Shown in pieces: positions 17,800 to 27,829 of a DNA stretch of 64,000 nucleotides; positions within the stretch are counted from its first letter, which is position 1, and every line of letters begins with the position of its first letter. This DNA comes from an uncultured Acidimicrobiaceae bacterium (GTDB taxonomy: Bacteria > Actinomycetota > Acidimicrobiia > Acidimicrobiales > RAAP-2), in assembly GCA_903873395.1 (NCBI GenBank), contig CAIQOJ010000139.1, forward strand, positions 5,911 through 69,910, given 5' to 3'. Made by a program: the position numbers and the translations under genes. The notes below the pieces were generated by a model. It searched no databases. It was not told the DNA's origin and saw only the letters and a list, made by a program, of their open reading frames with translations.

Positions 17800-20700
17800 T
17801 CACGGGAGAGTTATGCCCACGATGGGTTGAGCCAAGTCCAGGTTCCCCGTCGAGCCGGAGAAACCAGCATCGCCGAAGGAGAAGATCCCGCCGTCGGAGG
17901 CCACCAGCCAGTAGCCATCGCCATCGGGCGTGGCCGCCATGCCCACGATGGGCTTGTTGAGGGTCAGGTTTCCTGTCGAGCCGTAGAAGCGGGCATTCCC
18001 GACAGCGAAGATCCCGCCGTCGGAGGCCACCAGCCAGTAGCCACCGCCATCGGGCGTGGCCGCCATGCCCACAATTGGCTTGTTGATAATCAGGTTTCCT
18101 GTCGAGCCGTAGAAGCCGGCATCGCCGACGGCGAAGATCCCGCCGTCGGAGGCCACCAGCCAGTAGCCACCGCCATCGGGCGTGGTCGCCATGCCCACGA
18201 TTGGCTTGTTGAGGGTCAGGTTTCCTGTCGAGCCGTAGAAGCGGGCGTCACCGAAGGCGAAGATGCCGCCGTCGGAGGCCACCAGCCAGTAGCCACCGCC
18301 ATCGGGCGTGCCGGCCATGCCCACGATCGGCTTGTTGAGGGTCAGTCCACCTGTCGATCCATAGAAATGGGCAGCGCCAAAGGAGAAAACCCCACCATCG
18401 GAGGCAACCGTCCAGTAGCCGGGGGTGGCGTACGAGAACCGGGCACCAGCGGAGGCCGGGCTAGTCCCCTCCGACGAAGTGGCGGAAACGGCCACCGTGC
18501 CACCAGCACTGGGGCCGACCGGCACGTTGGCCGTCAACTCGGTGTCGGACACCACGACGAAGGTGGTCTGGCCCGAGCCGAAGGTGACCGACGTGACTCC
18601 ACTGAAGCCGCTTCCTCGGATGGTCACCGGCATACCACCGGCCGGTGCGCCCCGAGCCGGGGTGATCGAGGTGATGACCGGCGATCGGAAGGTGAACGCC
18701 GTTGCCGCCGATGTCGGACTCGTGCCCGCGGCCACCCCCGTGGTCTTCACGGTGACGGCTGCGGTGTGGCCGACACCGACGTCAGGACTGACCACGGTGA
18801 TCGAGGTGGGGCTCGATGCCACCACTGATGCCACCACGCCTCCGAACCGCACGACAGGGACCCCTGAGCCGAAGCCCGAGCCCGTGATGGTGACCTGCGT
18901 GCCACCCACCGCCGGTCCGGCAGCGGGACTGAGTGCTGTCACCGTCGGGCATCCAGCCTGCGAGCCGGTGACCAGGGCTAGGAGGGCGCCAGCTCGAGGG
19001 GTTCCCCAACCCGAGGCGAGGTCGTATCCAGTAGTCGCCGGGTAGGCGACGGCCCCTGACGGGAAGAGGTCATTGGTGCCCGAGATGATGTCGTTGAAGC
19101 CAGCGGTCGAACCCGGGTCATAGAGCAGTGGATCGAGATATCCGGCAGGGGTTGCACACCCTTGGTTGACCGTGGCCAGAAGGGCGGCCCACAGTGGCGA
19201 GGCGACGCTCGTTCCTCCCACTTGGAGCCAGGTACCCCCGAGAAACGCAGGATCCCCGTGGACCGGGTCTGACGAAGCCGACACATCTGGAACGGCCCGG
19301 CACTGCTCGGAACCTGTTCCGCACACGTAGGCGGTCGACGGCGACTGGGCCGTGGGCACTTGCTGCCACGACGGGGCCGGGAACACCACCGAGTTCCCTC
19401 CACCACCGCCCCCCCGGGACGGTCCTCGGTTCCACACCACCTCTGCAGGGGCACCAGGTGCAGCCGACGTCAATGTCGTGCCACCGACGCCCATCACGCC
19501 GGGCTGGTCGGCTGGATCGTCGACCCAATGCCCGGTTGGTCCCGCCCCTTGGGCCACCGACCAGCAATCGCTCGAACCGGAGTCTCCGGCAGCAGCCACC
19601 ACGGTCTGCCCCTGCACGGCGGCTTCGGCGAAGATCGTCTTTTCAGCAGCCTGCATGGTTGGATCCATATTCAGCTCGCACTGGCCCCAACTGGTGGACA
19701 GTACCGAGGCGGCATCGTCAGTCACCATGCGCGTATAGGTGTCGATCGTGCCGCTTCCGGTGTCGTTGGGGCCCGAGTAGACAATGATCGACGACGATGG
19801 CGCCAGGCCGGCCACCACTTCGATGTCAAGGGCGGCCTCGCCCGACTGAGGACCGTAGGCGCCACCGTCGACCACTACGGTGGTCACTGGCACGTGGGTC
19901 CCGTAGCACGATTGATACGTCGCTACGTCAGATGGAGTGAACGGTTCGACCTCGAACAAGCCCACGGACTGGCCTGTCCCGGCACGCCCCTGGGCATACA
20001 GCGGACTCAAGCCGTAGGTGGCTGCCAACTGATCGGCGGTCCATCCGCCACCGGCCTGGAACGAAGCTGCTGCGGCACACGGCGTGGGTGCTGGGTCGAT
20101 AGGTGTCTGGCCGCCAAGGGGTGCGGCACCCGTCGACGCAGTGCCACCGGTGGCACTGCGTCCCAAGGGTGGCATAACCCCCTGCGGTTGCGCCTTGATC
20201 AACGATGGGTGCAGCGACCCCGCCGAAGATAGGCCGATCACGCCTTGCCACGAACCTGCCAGGTCGCTCGGCACCCTGGGCGCTTGGGGCGCAAGGCGCA
20301 CATCACGCCCATCGGCCAAGCGTGCACGGACCATCGGAGCCGAAAACGCCTGCGTCACGACAGAGGCATGTCCTCGCACCGGGATGAGCAAGCCGTTCGC
20401 AGACGTTGGTCCCACCGTCAGGCCTTGGGTGACGAGCCAGTGGCGCACAGCAGCAATGGTGGAGGGCAGTGGGCCGAACGCATCGGCCAGATGACCGCCG
20501 GGCAGATGACGTCGTGCTGCAGGATTCCCGGCGGTGGCCGCCCGGACAGCGGCATCGAGTGCGGCGGGGTTGCGGGGTCGCAAGACGACATCGGCGGTGA
20601 TCTCGAGTCCTGGATCGACGGGTCCAAGCACGGTCGCACCTGTCGGTACGCCGCCAACACTGCCCACCAAGCGCACCATCGAGGTCGACCCGGCATGCGG

Positions 20701-20805
20701 GCTGGCCGCAGCTACGGATGCGTCAGATCCGAGAAGCGCCCAGAGCACGGCTCCGATCATCAGATACCGCCGTGGGCCAAGGTTCACATGGCCAGTATCC
20801 CCCAT
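17800..20805 (-). CDS. Secreted S53 (sedolisin/kumamolisin-like) serine peptidase fused to two IPT/TIG domains and five 42-aa C-terminal repeats
   Basis: Signal-like N-terminus ([19 protein letters not shown]) and a pro-kumamolisin-like propeptide. [10 protein letters not shown] (Glu/Asp region) and [16 protein letters not shown] (GGTSxxxP Ser motif) are present. Two IPT/TIG-like units follow ([26 protein letters not shown]; [26 protein letters not shown]), then 5x [36 protein letters not shown].TPDGG. Confidence 0.8.
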   Translation of the reverse strand: MGDTGHVNLGPRRYLMIGAVLWALLGSDASVAAASPHAGSTSMVRLVGSVGGVPTGATVLGPVDPGLEITADVVLRPRNPAALDAAVRAATAGNPAARRHLPGGHLADAFGPLPSTIAAVRHWLVTQGLTVGPTSANGLLIPVRGHASVVTQAFSAPMVRARLADGRDVRLAPQAPRVPSDLAGSWQGVIGLSSAGSLHPSLIKAQPQGVMPPLGRSATGGTASTGAAPLGGQTPIDPAPTPCAAAASFQAGGGWTADQLAATYGLSPLYAQGRAGTGQSVGLFEVEPFTPSDVATYQSCYGTHVPVTTVVVDGGAYGPQSGEAALDIEVVAGLAPSSSIIVYSGPNDTGSGTIDTYTRMVTDDAASVLSTSWGQCELNMDPTMQAAEKTIFAEAAVQGQTVVAAAGDSGSSDCWSVAQGAGPTGHWVDDPADQPGVMGVGGTTLTSAAPGAPAEVVWNRGPSRGGGGGGNSVVFPAPSWQQVPTAQSPSTAYVCGTGSEQCRAVPDVSASSDPVHGDPAFLGGTWLQVGGTSVASPLWAALLATVNQGCATPAGYLDPLLYDPGSTAGFNDIISGTNDLFPSGAVAYPATTGYDLASGWGTPRAGALLALVTGSQAGCPTVTALSPAAGPAVGGTQVTITGSGFGSGVPVVRFGGVVASVVASSPTSITVVSPDVGVGHTAAVTVKTTGVAAGTSPTSAATAFTFRSPVITSITPARGAPAGGMPVTIRGSGFSGVTSVTFGSGQTTFVVVSDTELTANVPVGPSAGGTVAVSATSSEGTSPASAGARFSYATPGYWTVASDGGVFSFGAAHFYGSTGGLTLNKPIVGMAGTPDGGGYWLVASDGGIFAFGDARFYGSTGNLTLNKPIVGMATTPDGGGYWLVASDGGIFAVGDAGFYGSTGNLIINKPIVGMAATPDGGGYWLVASDGGIFAVGNARFYGSTGNLTLNKPIVGMAATPDGDGYWLVASDGGIFSFGDAGFSGSTGNLDLAQPIVGITLP
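17803..18420 (-). repeat. Tandem 126-bp coding repeat, about 5 copies (42-aa units at the C-terminus of the S53 protein)
   Basis: Period confirmed by ccgccgtcggaggccaccagccagtagcc recurring at 17888, 18014 and onward every 126 nt. By eye the central copies are roughly nine-tenths identical at nucleotide level. Confidence 0.95.
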
Positions 20806-22184
20806 CAGGCCTCTGGCTGATCAGCGCTATCGACTCCGTGAACGTCATCACCGGCAAGCACGTCATCACCGGCAAGCACGTCATCATCAGGAAGCGCCTC
20901 GCCCTCGTGTCGCCACCGACGCAGACGCTCGGCCACCACGGCTTCGTGCCCTCGATCACTTGGCTCGTAGTACCGATGGCCAGCCACCCCGCTGGGTCGA
21001 TACTCCTGGTCCACCACCGCACCGGGAAAATCGTGAGGGTAGCGGTAGTCCTGGCCATGACCGATGACCGATGCACTGCGGTAGTGCGCATCACGCAAAT
21101 GTGCAGGGACATCGCCGCGAGGAGCGGAACGAACGTCGGCTTGCGCCAGCCCAAGAGCCACCGTCACTCGATTCGACTTGGGAGCACAGGCCAAGTGGAC
21201 CACGGCTTGAGCCAGATTCAGTTGCGCTTCGGGCAGTCCGACAAACTCGACGGCGCGCGCTGCTGCGTCGGCCACGACCAGAGCCAATGGGTCGGCCTCG
21301 CCCACGTCCTCACTGGCCAAGATGACCAGGCGCCGAGCGATGAACCGAGCATCCTCGCCGGACTCGAGCATGCGGGCGAGCCAGTAGAGCCCGGCATCAG
21401 GGTCTGATCCTCGGATCGATTTGATCAGTGCACTGGCCTGGTCGTAGTGGGCATCCTCGCCGTAGTGCTGCAGCCTGGTGTGACGGGCCCGCTCGACGTC
21501 CTCGAGCGACACCGGGCGACCAGCGGCCAGAGCCAAGGCCACTTCGAGAGTGGTCAACGCAGCCCGGGCATCACCATCAGCCAAGCCGACCAAGGCGGCA
21601 ACAGCCTGGGGTTCCGCCGACGCCTGCTCGACCCCCAGGGCGCGAGTCACCACGGCAGCCAGTTCGTCTCCGCTCAAGGATTCCAGGCGCCACAGGGTTG
21701 ACCGGGAAAGCAGTGGTGCGTTCACTTCGAAAAAGGGATTTTCTGTGGTGGCGCCGATGAGCACCAGGAGGCCCTCTTCCACCGACGGAAGTAGCGCGTC
21801 CTGCTGAGACCGGCTGAATCGGTGCACCTCGTCGAGGAAGAGGATCGTCCCTCTCCCCTGCTCCCCCAGCAGTCGGCGGGCATCCTCGACCACGGCACGC
21901 ACATCTTTAACTCCAGCGGTCACCGCAGAGAGAGGAACGAACTGCTTTGACGTGGCCGTGGCCACCACTGATGCCAAGGTCGTCTTCCCTGTGCCCGGTG
22001 GACCCCACAAGATCGCCGAGGTGAGCCGGTCGGCCTCGATGAGCGCCCGAAGGGGAGCACCGGGGCCGATGAGGTGTTGTTGACCGATGATGTCGTCGAG
22101 GGTGACCGGCCGCAGTCGAGCGGCAAGCGGCGCCCGGGACTTCAGGCGCTCTGATGCCGCCCCCGAGAACAGGTCATCGGCCAC
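20805..22184 (-). CDS. rarA: Replication-associated recombination protein A (RarA/MgsA AAA+ ATPase)
   Basis: [10 protein letters not shown], Walker [22 protein letters not shown], and the MgsA C-terminal region YYEPS. An acidic repeat tail follows. The stop shares one nucleotide with the S53 gene start (TGATG). Confidence 0.92.
   Translation of the reverse strand: MADDLFSGAASERLKSRAPLAARLRPVTLDDIIGQQHLIGPGAPLRALIEADRLTSAILWGPPGTGKTTLASVVATATSKQFVPLSAVTAGVKDVRAVVEDARRLLGEQGRGTILFLDEVHRFSRSQQDALLPSVEEGLLVLIGATTENPFFEVNAPLLSRSTLWRLESLSGDELAAVVTRALGVEQASAEPQAVAALVGLADGDARAALTTLEVALALAAGRPVSLEDVERARHTRLQHYGEDAHYDQASALIKSIRGSDPDAGLYWLARMLESGEDARFIARRLVILASEDVGEADPLALVVADAAARAVEFVGLPEAQLNLAQAVVHLACAPKSNRVTVALGLAQADVRSAPRGDVPAHLRDAHYRSASVIGHGQDYRYPHDFPGAVVDQEYRPSGVAGHRYYEPSDRGHEAVVAERLRRWRHEGEALPDDDVLAGDDVLAGDDVHGVDSADQPEA
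20843..20896. repeat. 18-bp tandem repeat (2 perfect copies plus 1 degenerate) in the RarA C-terminal tail
   Basis: cgtcatcaccggcaagca occurs twice, then cgtcatcatcaggaagcg. It encodes [15 protein letters not shown] on the minus strand. Confidence 0.9.
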
Positions 22185-22191
22185 GAACGCG

Positions 22192-23970
22192 TCAGTCCAA
22201 AGCCGGAAGGGGACGCAGGCCTAGGTCGGCCAACGCGCCATCGGCCAATGCCTTGGGGGCGTCGGTCATGGGGTCCCATCCAGACTGAGTCTTTGGGAAG
22301 GCGATCACCTCTCGGATGGAGTCCTCACCGGCGAAGATGGCAGCAAGGCGATCGATACCCACGGCGAAGCCTGCGTGTGGGGGTGCGCCGTAGCGGAAGG
22401 CCCCAAGCAAGAAGCCGAACCGGGAAGCCGCCTCGTCCTCGTCGATGCCCAGCGCAGCAAAGATCCGGCTTTGGATGTCCGCCCGGTGCACGCGCACGCT
22501 TCCCGAACCCAACTCCCAACCGTTGAGCACGAGGTCGTAGGCCTGGCTGCGCACGGCGGCTGGATCCGTCTCGAGAAGCTCCAGATCGTCGAGGTGGGGC
22601 ATGGTGAACGGGTGGTGGGCGGCGATGGGATTGCCAGCGTCGTCTGCTCCGTCGAACATCGGGAAGTCGATCACCCACAGATAGGCATACGGGCCTTCTG
22701 ACACTGGACGACCGCCGATGTCGAGGCGCAGGGACCCAAGCACCGAGCAGGTCAGCCGATACTCGTCGGCCACGACGAGCACCAGGTCACCGAGTGATGC
22801 CCCAGTCGAGGCCAGCACGCCGGCCTGTTCGTCTTCCGAGAGGAACTTCACCACCGGCGACTCGAGGGCGATGGCTCCCTCGCCCCCGTCGATGACCCGG
22901 AACCATGCCAGCCCCTTGGCTCCGAGTGCTTTGGACCGGTCCGTCAGAGCATCGAGTCGGGAGCGGGTGGTCGAGGCGCCTTCGGGCACCACGATGGCCT
23001 TCACGCATGGGGCGTCGAAGGCTCGGAATCCGGTGCCGGAGAACACCGACGTCAGGTCGATCAGCTCCATACCGAAGCGGATGTCTGGCTTGTCGGAGCC
23101 ATAACGGTCGATGGCCTCGGCCCAGGTCATCCGGGGAACCTCGTCGGGCCGCACGCCGGTCACGGCCTCGGCGGCGTCGAGAACCGCTTCGGCCACGAAC
23201 GCCAAGATGTCCTCTTGAGTTACGAACGAAGCCTCCACATCGAGCTGAGAGAACTCGAACTGGCGGTCGGCACGCAGATCTTCGTCCCGCAGGCATCGGG
23301 CGATCTGGTAGTAGCGATCGACGCCGGCCACCATAAGCAACTGCTTGGCCAGCTGGGGGCTCTGGGGCAGTACGTAGCTCTTGCCATGGTGGAGACGGCT
23401 CGGCACCACGAACTCCCGGGCTCCTTCTGGAGTCGGGGCCCACAAGAGCGGCGTCTCCACCTCAACGAACCCTTGTCGGTCCATCGAGGAGCGAAGGGCG
23501 GAGTTGATGGTTGCCCGGGTCCTCAGGTTGGCCTGCATCCGCGGACGTCGGAGATCGACGAACCGATGGCGCAGTCGGATCACTTCGTCCACTTCGACTC
23601 GATCATCGACTGCGAACGGTGGCGGCTCGGCGGCATTCAGCACGGTGACCGTGCAGTCGGTCAGCTCGACGGCCCCGGTAGGCAGGTCGGTGTTCTCGGT
23701 GCCCTCGAGACGTGGTCGGATCTCTCCTTCGACGGCGATGACGTACTCGCTGCGCACATCCACGGTGCCGGGCACGACGCACTGCAGGACCCCGGAATGA
23801 TCCCGGAGATCGACGAAGGCCAAGTGCTCGCCGTGCTCCCGTCTCTTGGCTACCCATCCACAGACTCGGACTCGAGTACCTGCGTCGTCCAACCTCAAGG
23901 TTCCACACAGTCGATCCCGCATAGAAGTGGCGCCCGAAGCCAGATTGGTCGGGTCAGATGGTGCGGTCAC
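22192..23970 (-). CDS. aspS: Aspartate--tRNA ligase
   Basis: 592 aa. OB-fold N-terminus (GWVAKRREHGEHLAFVDLRDHSG), class II motifs (FRDEDLRADRQFEFSQLD) and C-terminal GIDRL..IREVIAFPK. Confidence 0.96.
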   Translation of the reverse strand: MTAPSDPTNLASGATSMRDRLCGTLRLDDAGTRVRVCGWVAKRREHGEHLAFVDLRDHSGVLQCVVPGTVDVRSEYVIAVEGEIRPRLEGTENTDLPTGAVELTDCTVTVLNAAEPPPFAVDDRVEVDEVIRLRHRFVDLRRPRMQANLRTRATINSALRSSMDRQGFVEVETPLLWAPTPEGAREFVVPSRLHHGKSYVLPQSPQLAKQLLMVAGVDRYYQIARCLRDEDLRADRQFEFSQLDVEASFVTQEDILAFVAEAVLDAAEAVTGVRPDEVPRMTWAEAIDRYGSDKPDIRFGMELIDLTSVFSGTGFRAFDAPCVKAIVVPEGASTTRSRLDALTDRSKALGAKGLAWFRVIDGGEGAIALESPVVKFLSEDEQAGVLASTGASLGDLVLVVADEYRLTCSVLGSLRLDIGGRPVSEGPYAYLWVIDFPMFDGADDAGNPIAAHHPFTMPHLDDLELLETDPAAVRSQAYDLVLNGWELGSGSVRVHRADIQSRIFAALGIDEDEAASRFGFLLGAFRYGAPPHAGFAVGIDRLAAIFAGEDSIREVIAFPKTQSGWDPMTDAPKALADGALADLGLRPLPALD

Positions 23971-24029
23971 CGGGAGATCCTTTCGAAAGGTCTACGGCCA
24001 CCAGGAACCCTGGCAGCCAGATTGTGTGG

Positions 24030-25394
24030 TCAGACAGTTCCAGTAGGTCGGCTACCAGTTGTGGCGAGCATTGCCTCTCGTGCCGCTAGGACGGCGACGA
24101 CAAGATCGTTCCGCTCAACCGAAACTTGATCTCCACCGCCGAGCAACGGCCGAAGCGACACCGTACCCGAGGCCGCTTCATCGGGGCCCACGATCAGCAC
24201 CAATCGGGCTCCTGATCGGTCGGCCGCCTTGAACTGGGCCTTCATTGACCGACCATCGAAGGCCCGATCCGCACCGAGTCCTGCGGACCGCAGCTCAGCG
24301 GTGATGTCACGGGCGGCACTGCCATCCGTGGTGTCGACGACGAACGCATCGAGTGGGGCTGGAGCAGGCGGGAACACGCCCTCGGCATCGCAGGCCAGCA
24401 GCAGGCGTTCCATGCCGATGCCGATGCCAATACCCGGCGTGGGCGGGCCGCCCAGCATCTCTACCAGCCCGTCATATCGACCTCCACCACCGATCCCGTT
24501 CTGGGCGGAGGCCAGGGCGGCTGACGAGAACTCGAATGTCGTCCGGGTGTAGTAGTCGAAGCCACGAACCAGTCGGTGATCGAGGACGTAAGGCACGCCA
24601 AGGGCATCGAGGCCAGCTCGCACTCGAGCGAAGTGACCTTGGCAGTCAACACAGAGGTGTTCAGCGAATCCAGGGGCATCGTGGGTGGCATCCCGACAAG
24701 CATCCCGTTTGCAGTCGAGTGCTCGCAGTGGGTTGGATTCGAGTCGTTGCGCGTGTTCAGGGCAGAGGTCGTCCCGTCGGGCCACGAGGTACTCGGTGAG
24801 CAACGCCAAATACGCCGGCCGACAGGTTCCGTCCCCCATCGAGTTGATCCGCAGTCCAAACGAGGTGAGCCCCAGCGACCGAAAGAAGCCATCAGCCATG
24901 GCGATGACCTCGACGTCCAAATCGGGGTCAGCCGGGCCGAGCGCCTCGACGCCAAGCTGGTGATGCTGGCGGTAACGTCCGGCTTGTGGGCGCTCGTAGC
25001 GGAAGGCTGGCGTGGCATACCAGGCCTTCCACGGCAACGGAGGCCGATGTTGCACCCATGCCCGAACCATCGGTGCCGTGCCTTCGGGTCGCAGTGCCAG
25101 GGTGCGCCCACCGCGGTCCTCGAATTCGTACATCTCTTTCCCTACGACCTCGCTGGACTCGCCGATTCCTCGACGGAAAACACGCACGTCTTCGAAGATG
25201 GGCGTATGGGCCAGGCCGTAGCCGCTGCGCTCCACCTGGTCGGCGAAAGAAGCCAGCAGGGCCTCCCATCGACTCGACTCTGGCCAGAGCACGTCATGGG
25301 TGCCCGTGGGGGCGCGCGGAGGGGTGCGGTCGTCGGACACCAAGGTCTCAGTCCTTCTTCCCGGGGAGGATGCGGTAGACGTCATAGACGGCAT
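24030..25394 (-). CDS. hisS: Histidine--tRNA ligase
   Basis: GTHDVLWPE, LALRPEGTAPMVR, YRYERPQAGRYRQHHQ and GGGRYDGL motifs. Start uncertain: the ORF start overlaps the rel stop, and TTG 25343 or GTG 25340 would remove the overlap. Confidence 0.94.
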   Translation of the reverse strand: MPSMTSTASSPGRRTETLVSDDRTPPRAPTGTHDVLWPESSRWEALLASFADQVERSGYGLAHTPIFEDVRVFRRGIGESSEVVGKEMYEFEDRGGRTLALRPEGTAPMVRAWVQHRPPLPWKAWYATPAFRYERPQAGRYRQHHQLGVEALGPADPDLDVEVIAMADGFFRSLGLTSFGLRINSMGDGTCRPAYLALLTEYLVARRDDLCPEHAQRLESNPLRALDCKRDACRDATHDAPGFAEHLCVDCQGHFARVRAGLDALGVPYVLDHRLVRGFDYYTRTTFEFSSAALASAQNGIGGGGRYDGLVEMLGGPPTPGIGIGIGMERLLLACDAEGVFPPAPAPLDAFVVDTTDGSAARDITAELRSAGLGADRAFDGRSMKAQFKAADRSGARLVLIVGPDEAASGTVSLRPLLGGGDQVSVERNDLVVAVLAAREAMLATTGSRPTGTV

Positions 25395-27765
25395 CGAGGT
25401 GCCGCAGTGAGTTCATGACAGATTCGAGGTGGGCAGGATCGGCCAGCTCGACGTCGAAGCGCATCCGGCTGATCCGATCCGAATCGGTCTGCGTGTTGGC
25501 ACTGACGATGTTCAGATGATGCTCGGACACGACCTTGGCCACTTCGGTCAGCAAGCCCGAACGGTCGATGGCCACCACTTCAACGGTAGCGACGAACACC
25601 CCAGACGACCGGTGATCCCACTCGACTTCGATGAGCCTCTCCCGTGACCGACTGGCCAGCGAAGCAGCGTTGGCGCAGTCGGCTCGGTGAACCGATACGC
25701 CGCGGCCTCGGGTGACAAATCCCACGATCTGGTCGCCTGGCACCGGTGTGCAGCACCGAGACAGCCGGATCATCATGTCGTCGAGACCTTCGACGTAGAC
25801 ACCGGCCGAACCGGCCCGGCCCGGCCGGGCGGCCTGGGGCTGTTGGCGGGCCGTGACCGGCAGCTGCTCTTCGTAGCCACCGCCACGTAGGTCCCGGACA
25901 ATGCGCTGCACGACAGCACGGGCCGAGATCCGATTTTCGCCGATGGCGATGTGCAGCCCCTCCACGTCGACGACCCCCATCGCCTCAGCAAAGGTGGCCA
26001 GCGTGTGGTCCGAGGTGAGCTTCTGGACAGGAAGCCCCTCGCGGCGGAGTTCTTTGGCTAACTCATCCCGACCCAGTTCAATTGCGTCCTCACGCCGCTC
26101 ACGAGAGAACCACTGGCGGATCTTCGTCCTCGCTCTCGACGACGCAACGGTACTCAGCCAGTCTCGAGAGGGGCCGGCAGTTGCCGCCTTGGACGTGAAG
26201 ATCTCCACGGTATCGGCGGTGCTCAGCGTGGTGTCGAGTGGGACGAGTCGGCCATTCACCTTGGCTCCGATGCACCGGTGACCGACCTCGGTGTGAATGC
26301 TGTAGGCGAAGTCCACTGGCGTGGCATTGGCGGCCAAGGAGATGACTTTGCCCTTCGGGGTGAAGACATAGACCTCGTCCTCTTCGAGGTCGAGCTTCAA
26401 TGCGGCCAGGAACTCGATGGGATCTGTGGTTTCGTTTTGGAAATCAGCGATGCGCTGCATCCACTCGATCTCCGCCGTGGTCGACGATGTCTCCTTGGCC
26501 AGCGCCAGCCGCTCCGCCCGACGATCGCGCTCGATGGTGGCTGGGTCGGCGGCGCTGCCCTTCTTCGCCTTGGGAACCTTTGGCGTCTTCTTGCCAGGTT
26601 TGGCTGGACGCACGTCACGGGAGCCCGGGGAGCGCTCGGTTCGGGTGGGATCCTGCTTGTAGCCCCAGTGGGCGGCGATCCCGTACTCGGCTCGACGATG
26701 CATCTCATGGGTCCGCACCTGCACTTCGATCGGCTTGCCGTCCAAGCCGATCACGGTGGTGTGGAGTGATTGGTAGAGGTTGAACTTCGGTGAGTTGATG
26801 TAGTCCTTGAAACGACCCTGGACTGGAGGCCAGATGGCGTGAATAGCCCCCAGGGCCGCCCAGCAGTCCTTTTCGGATTCGACGATCACCCGGATTCCGA
26901 CGAGGTCGTAGAGCTCGCCGAACTCCTTGCCCCTGACGACCATCTTCTCGTAGATGCTCCACAAGTGCTTCGGACGCCCGGTCACCTCAGCGGTCACGCC
27001 GGACAGGGCCAGGCGTTCACGCACGGCCACCAGGACCCGAGCCAGGAACTCGTCTCTCAAGGGGGCTCGGCTGGCCACCATCTGCTCGATCTCGCCGTAC
27101 CACTTCGGGTGGAGGGTGGCGAACGAGAGATCTTCGAGCTGCCACTTGATGCCCTGCATCCCTAGTCGATGGGCTAGTGGAGCGTAGATATCGATCGTCT
27201 CTTGCGCCGTCCGGCGCTGCTTCCATTCGGGCATCACACCGAGCGTCCGCATGTTGTGCAACCGATCGGCCAGCTTGATGATCAGCACCCGCCAGTCATC
27301 GGCCATGGCCACGAGCATCTTGCGCACCGTGGCCGCCTGCTGGGCCTCTTTGGAGTCGAACTGGAGCCGGTCCAACTTGGTGACACCTTCGACGATCTTG
27401 GCAACGTCGGAACCGAAACGATCGTCGATGTCCTCGGTGGTCACCCCGGTGTCCTCGACGGCATCGTGCAGCAGCGCCGCGGCGACGGTCTGGGCGTCGA
27501 GGCCGAGGTCGGCGACGATCCCGGCAACAGCGATCGGGTGGGTCACATACGGCTCACCTGATTTGCGCATCTGACCGGCGTGCGCAGCCGTCGCCGTGGC
27601 TGCGGCCTCGATGATCAATCCGGCGTCCTCGCCCGGATGGCGGCGATCGAATGCCTCGAGGACCGGTCGGAGGAATTCGAACTCGACGTCGGTCAGTCCA
27701 GGATGGGCGCGTGCATTTGGTGAGGAAGGTGTCCCCTCGGTCGGGGCTGGCGTGGCCAGGGCCAT
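25348..27765 (-). CDS. rel: Bifunctional (p)ppGpp synthetase/hydrolase RelA/SpoT homologue
   Basis: HD domain (HPIAVAGIVADLGLD..LLHDAVEDT), synthetase domain (YRSLHTTV-like YQSLHTTVIG), TGS and ACT-like C-terminus. The ORF track extends to 27942 into secF. I chose ATG 27765 (MALATPAP). Confidence 0.95.
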   Translation of the reverse strand: MALATPAPTEGTPSSPNARAHPGLTDVEFEFLRPVLEAFDRRHPGEDAGLIIEAAATATAAHAGQMRKSGEPYVTHPIAVAGIVADLGLDAQTVAAALLHDAVEDTGVTTEDIDDRFGSDVAKIVEGVTKLDRLQFDSKEAQQAATVRKMLVAMADDWRVLIIKLADRLHNMRTLGVMPEWKQRRTAQETIDIYAPLAHRLGMQGIKWQLEDLSFATLHPKWYGEIEQMVASRAPLRDEFLARVLVAVRERLALSGVTAEVTGRPKHLWSIYEKMVVRGKEFGELYDLVGIRVIVESEKDCWAALGAIHAIWPPVQGRFKDYINSPKFNLYQSLHTTVIGLDGKPIEVQVRTHEMHRRAEYGIAAHWGYKQDPTRTERSPGSRDVRPAKPGKKTPKVPKAKKGSAADPATIERDRRAERLALAKETSSTTAEIEWMQRIADFQNETTDPIEFLAALKLDLEEDEVYVFTPKGKVISLAANATPVDFAYSIHTEVGHRCIGAKVNGRLVPLDTTLSTADTVEIFTSKAATAGPSRDWLSTVASSRARTKIRQWFSRERREDAIELGRDELAKELRREGLPVQKLTSDHTLATFAEAMGVVDVEGLHIAIGENRISARAVVQRIVRDLRGGGYEEQLPVTARQQPQAARPGRAGSAGVYVEGLDDMMIRLSRCCTPVPGDQIVGFVTRGRGVSVHRADCANAASLASRSRERLIEVEWDHRSSGVFVATVEVVAIDRSGLLTEVAKVVSEHHLNIVSANTQTDSDRISRMRFDVELADPAHLESVMNSLRHLDAVYDVYRILPGKKD

Positions 27766-27829
27766 GCCTACACGGTACCTGGGAAGACTGAGGGCAAGCC
27801 ACGCTCCAGGGAGGTGGCGTCCAACGACC

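Noticed and set aside
17803-18420. Regularly spaced 126-bp repeats, considered as a possible CRISPR-like or non-coding array
   Set aside because: The units are contiguous with no unique spacers. They are in frame within a long ORF and encode a conserved 42-aa motif. This is a protein repeat, not a CRISPR array.
23979-23990. Perfect 12-nt palindrome cctttcgaaagg between hisS and aspS
   Set aside because: It is too short, has no room for a loop, occurs only once and matches no known operator. Probably chance.
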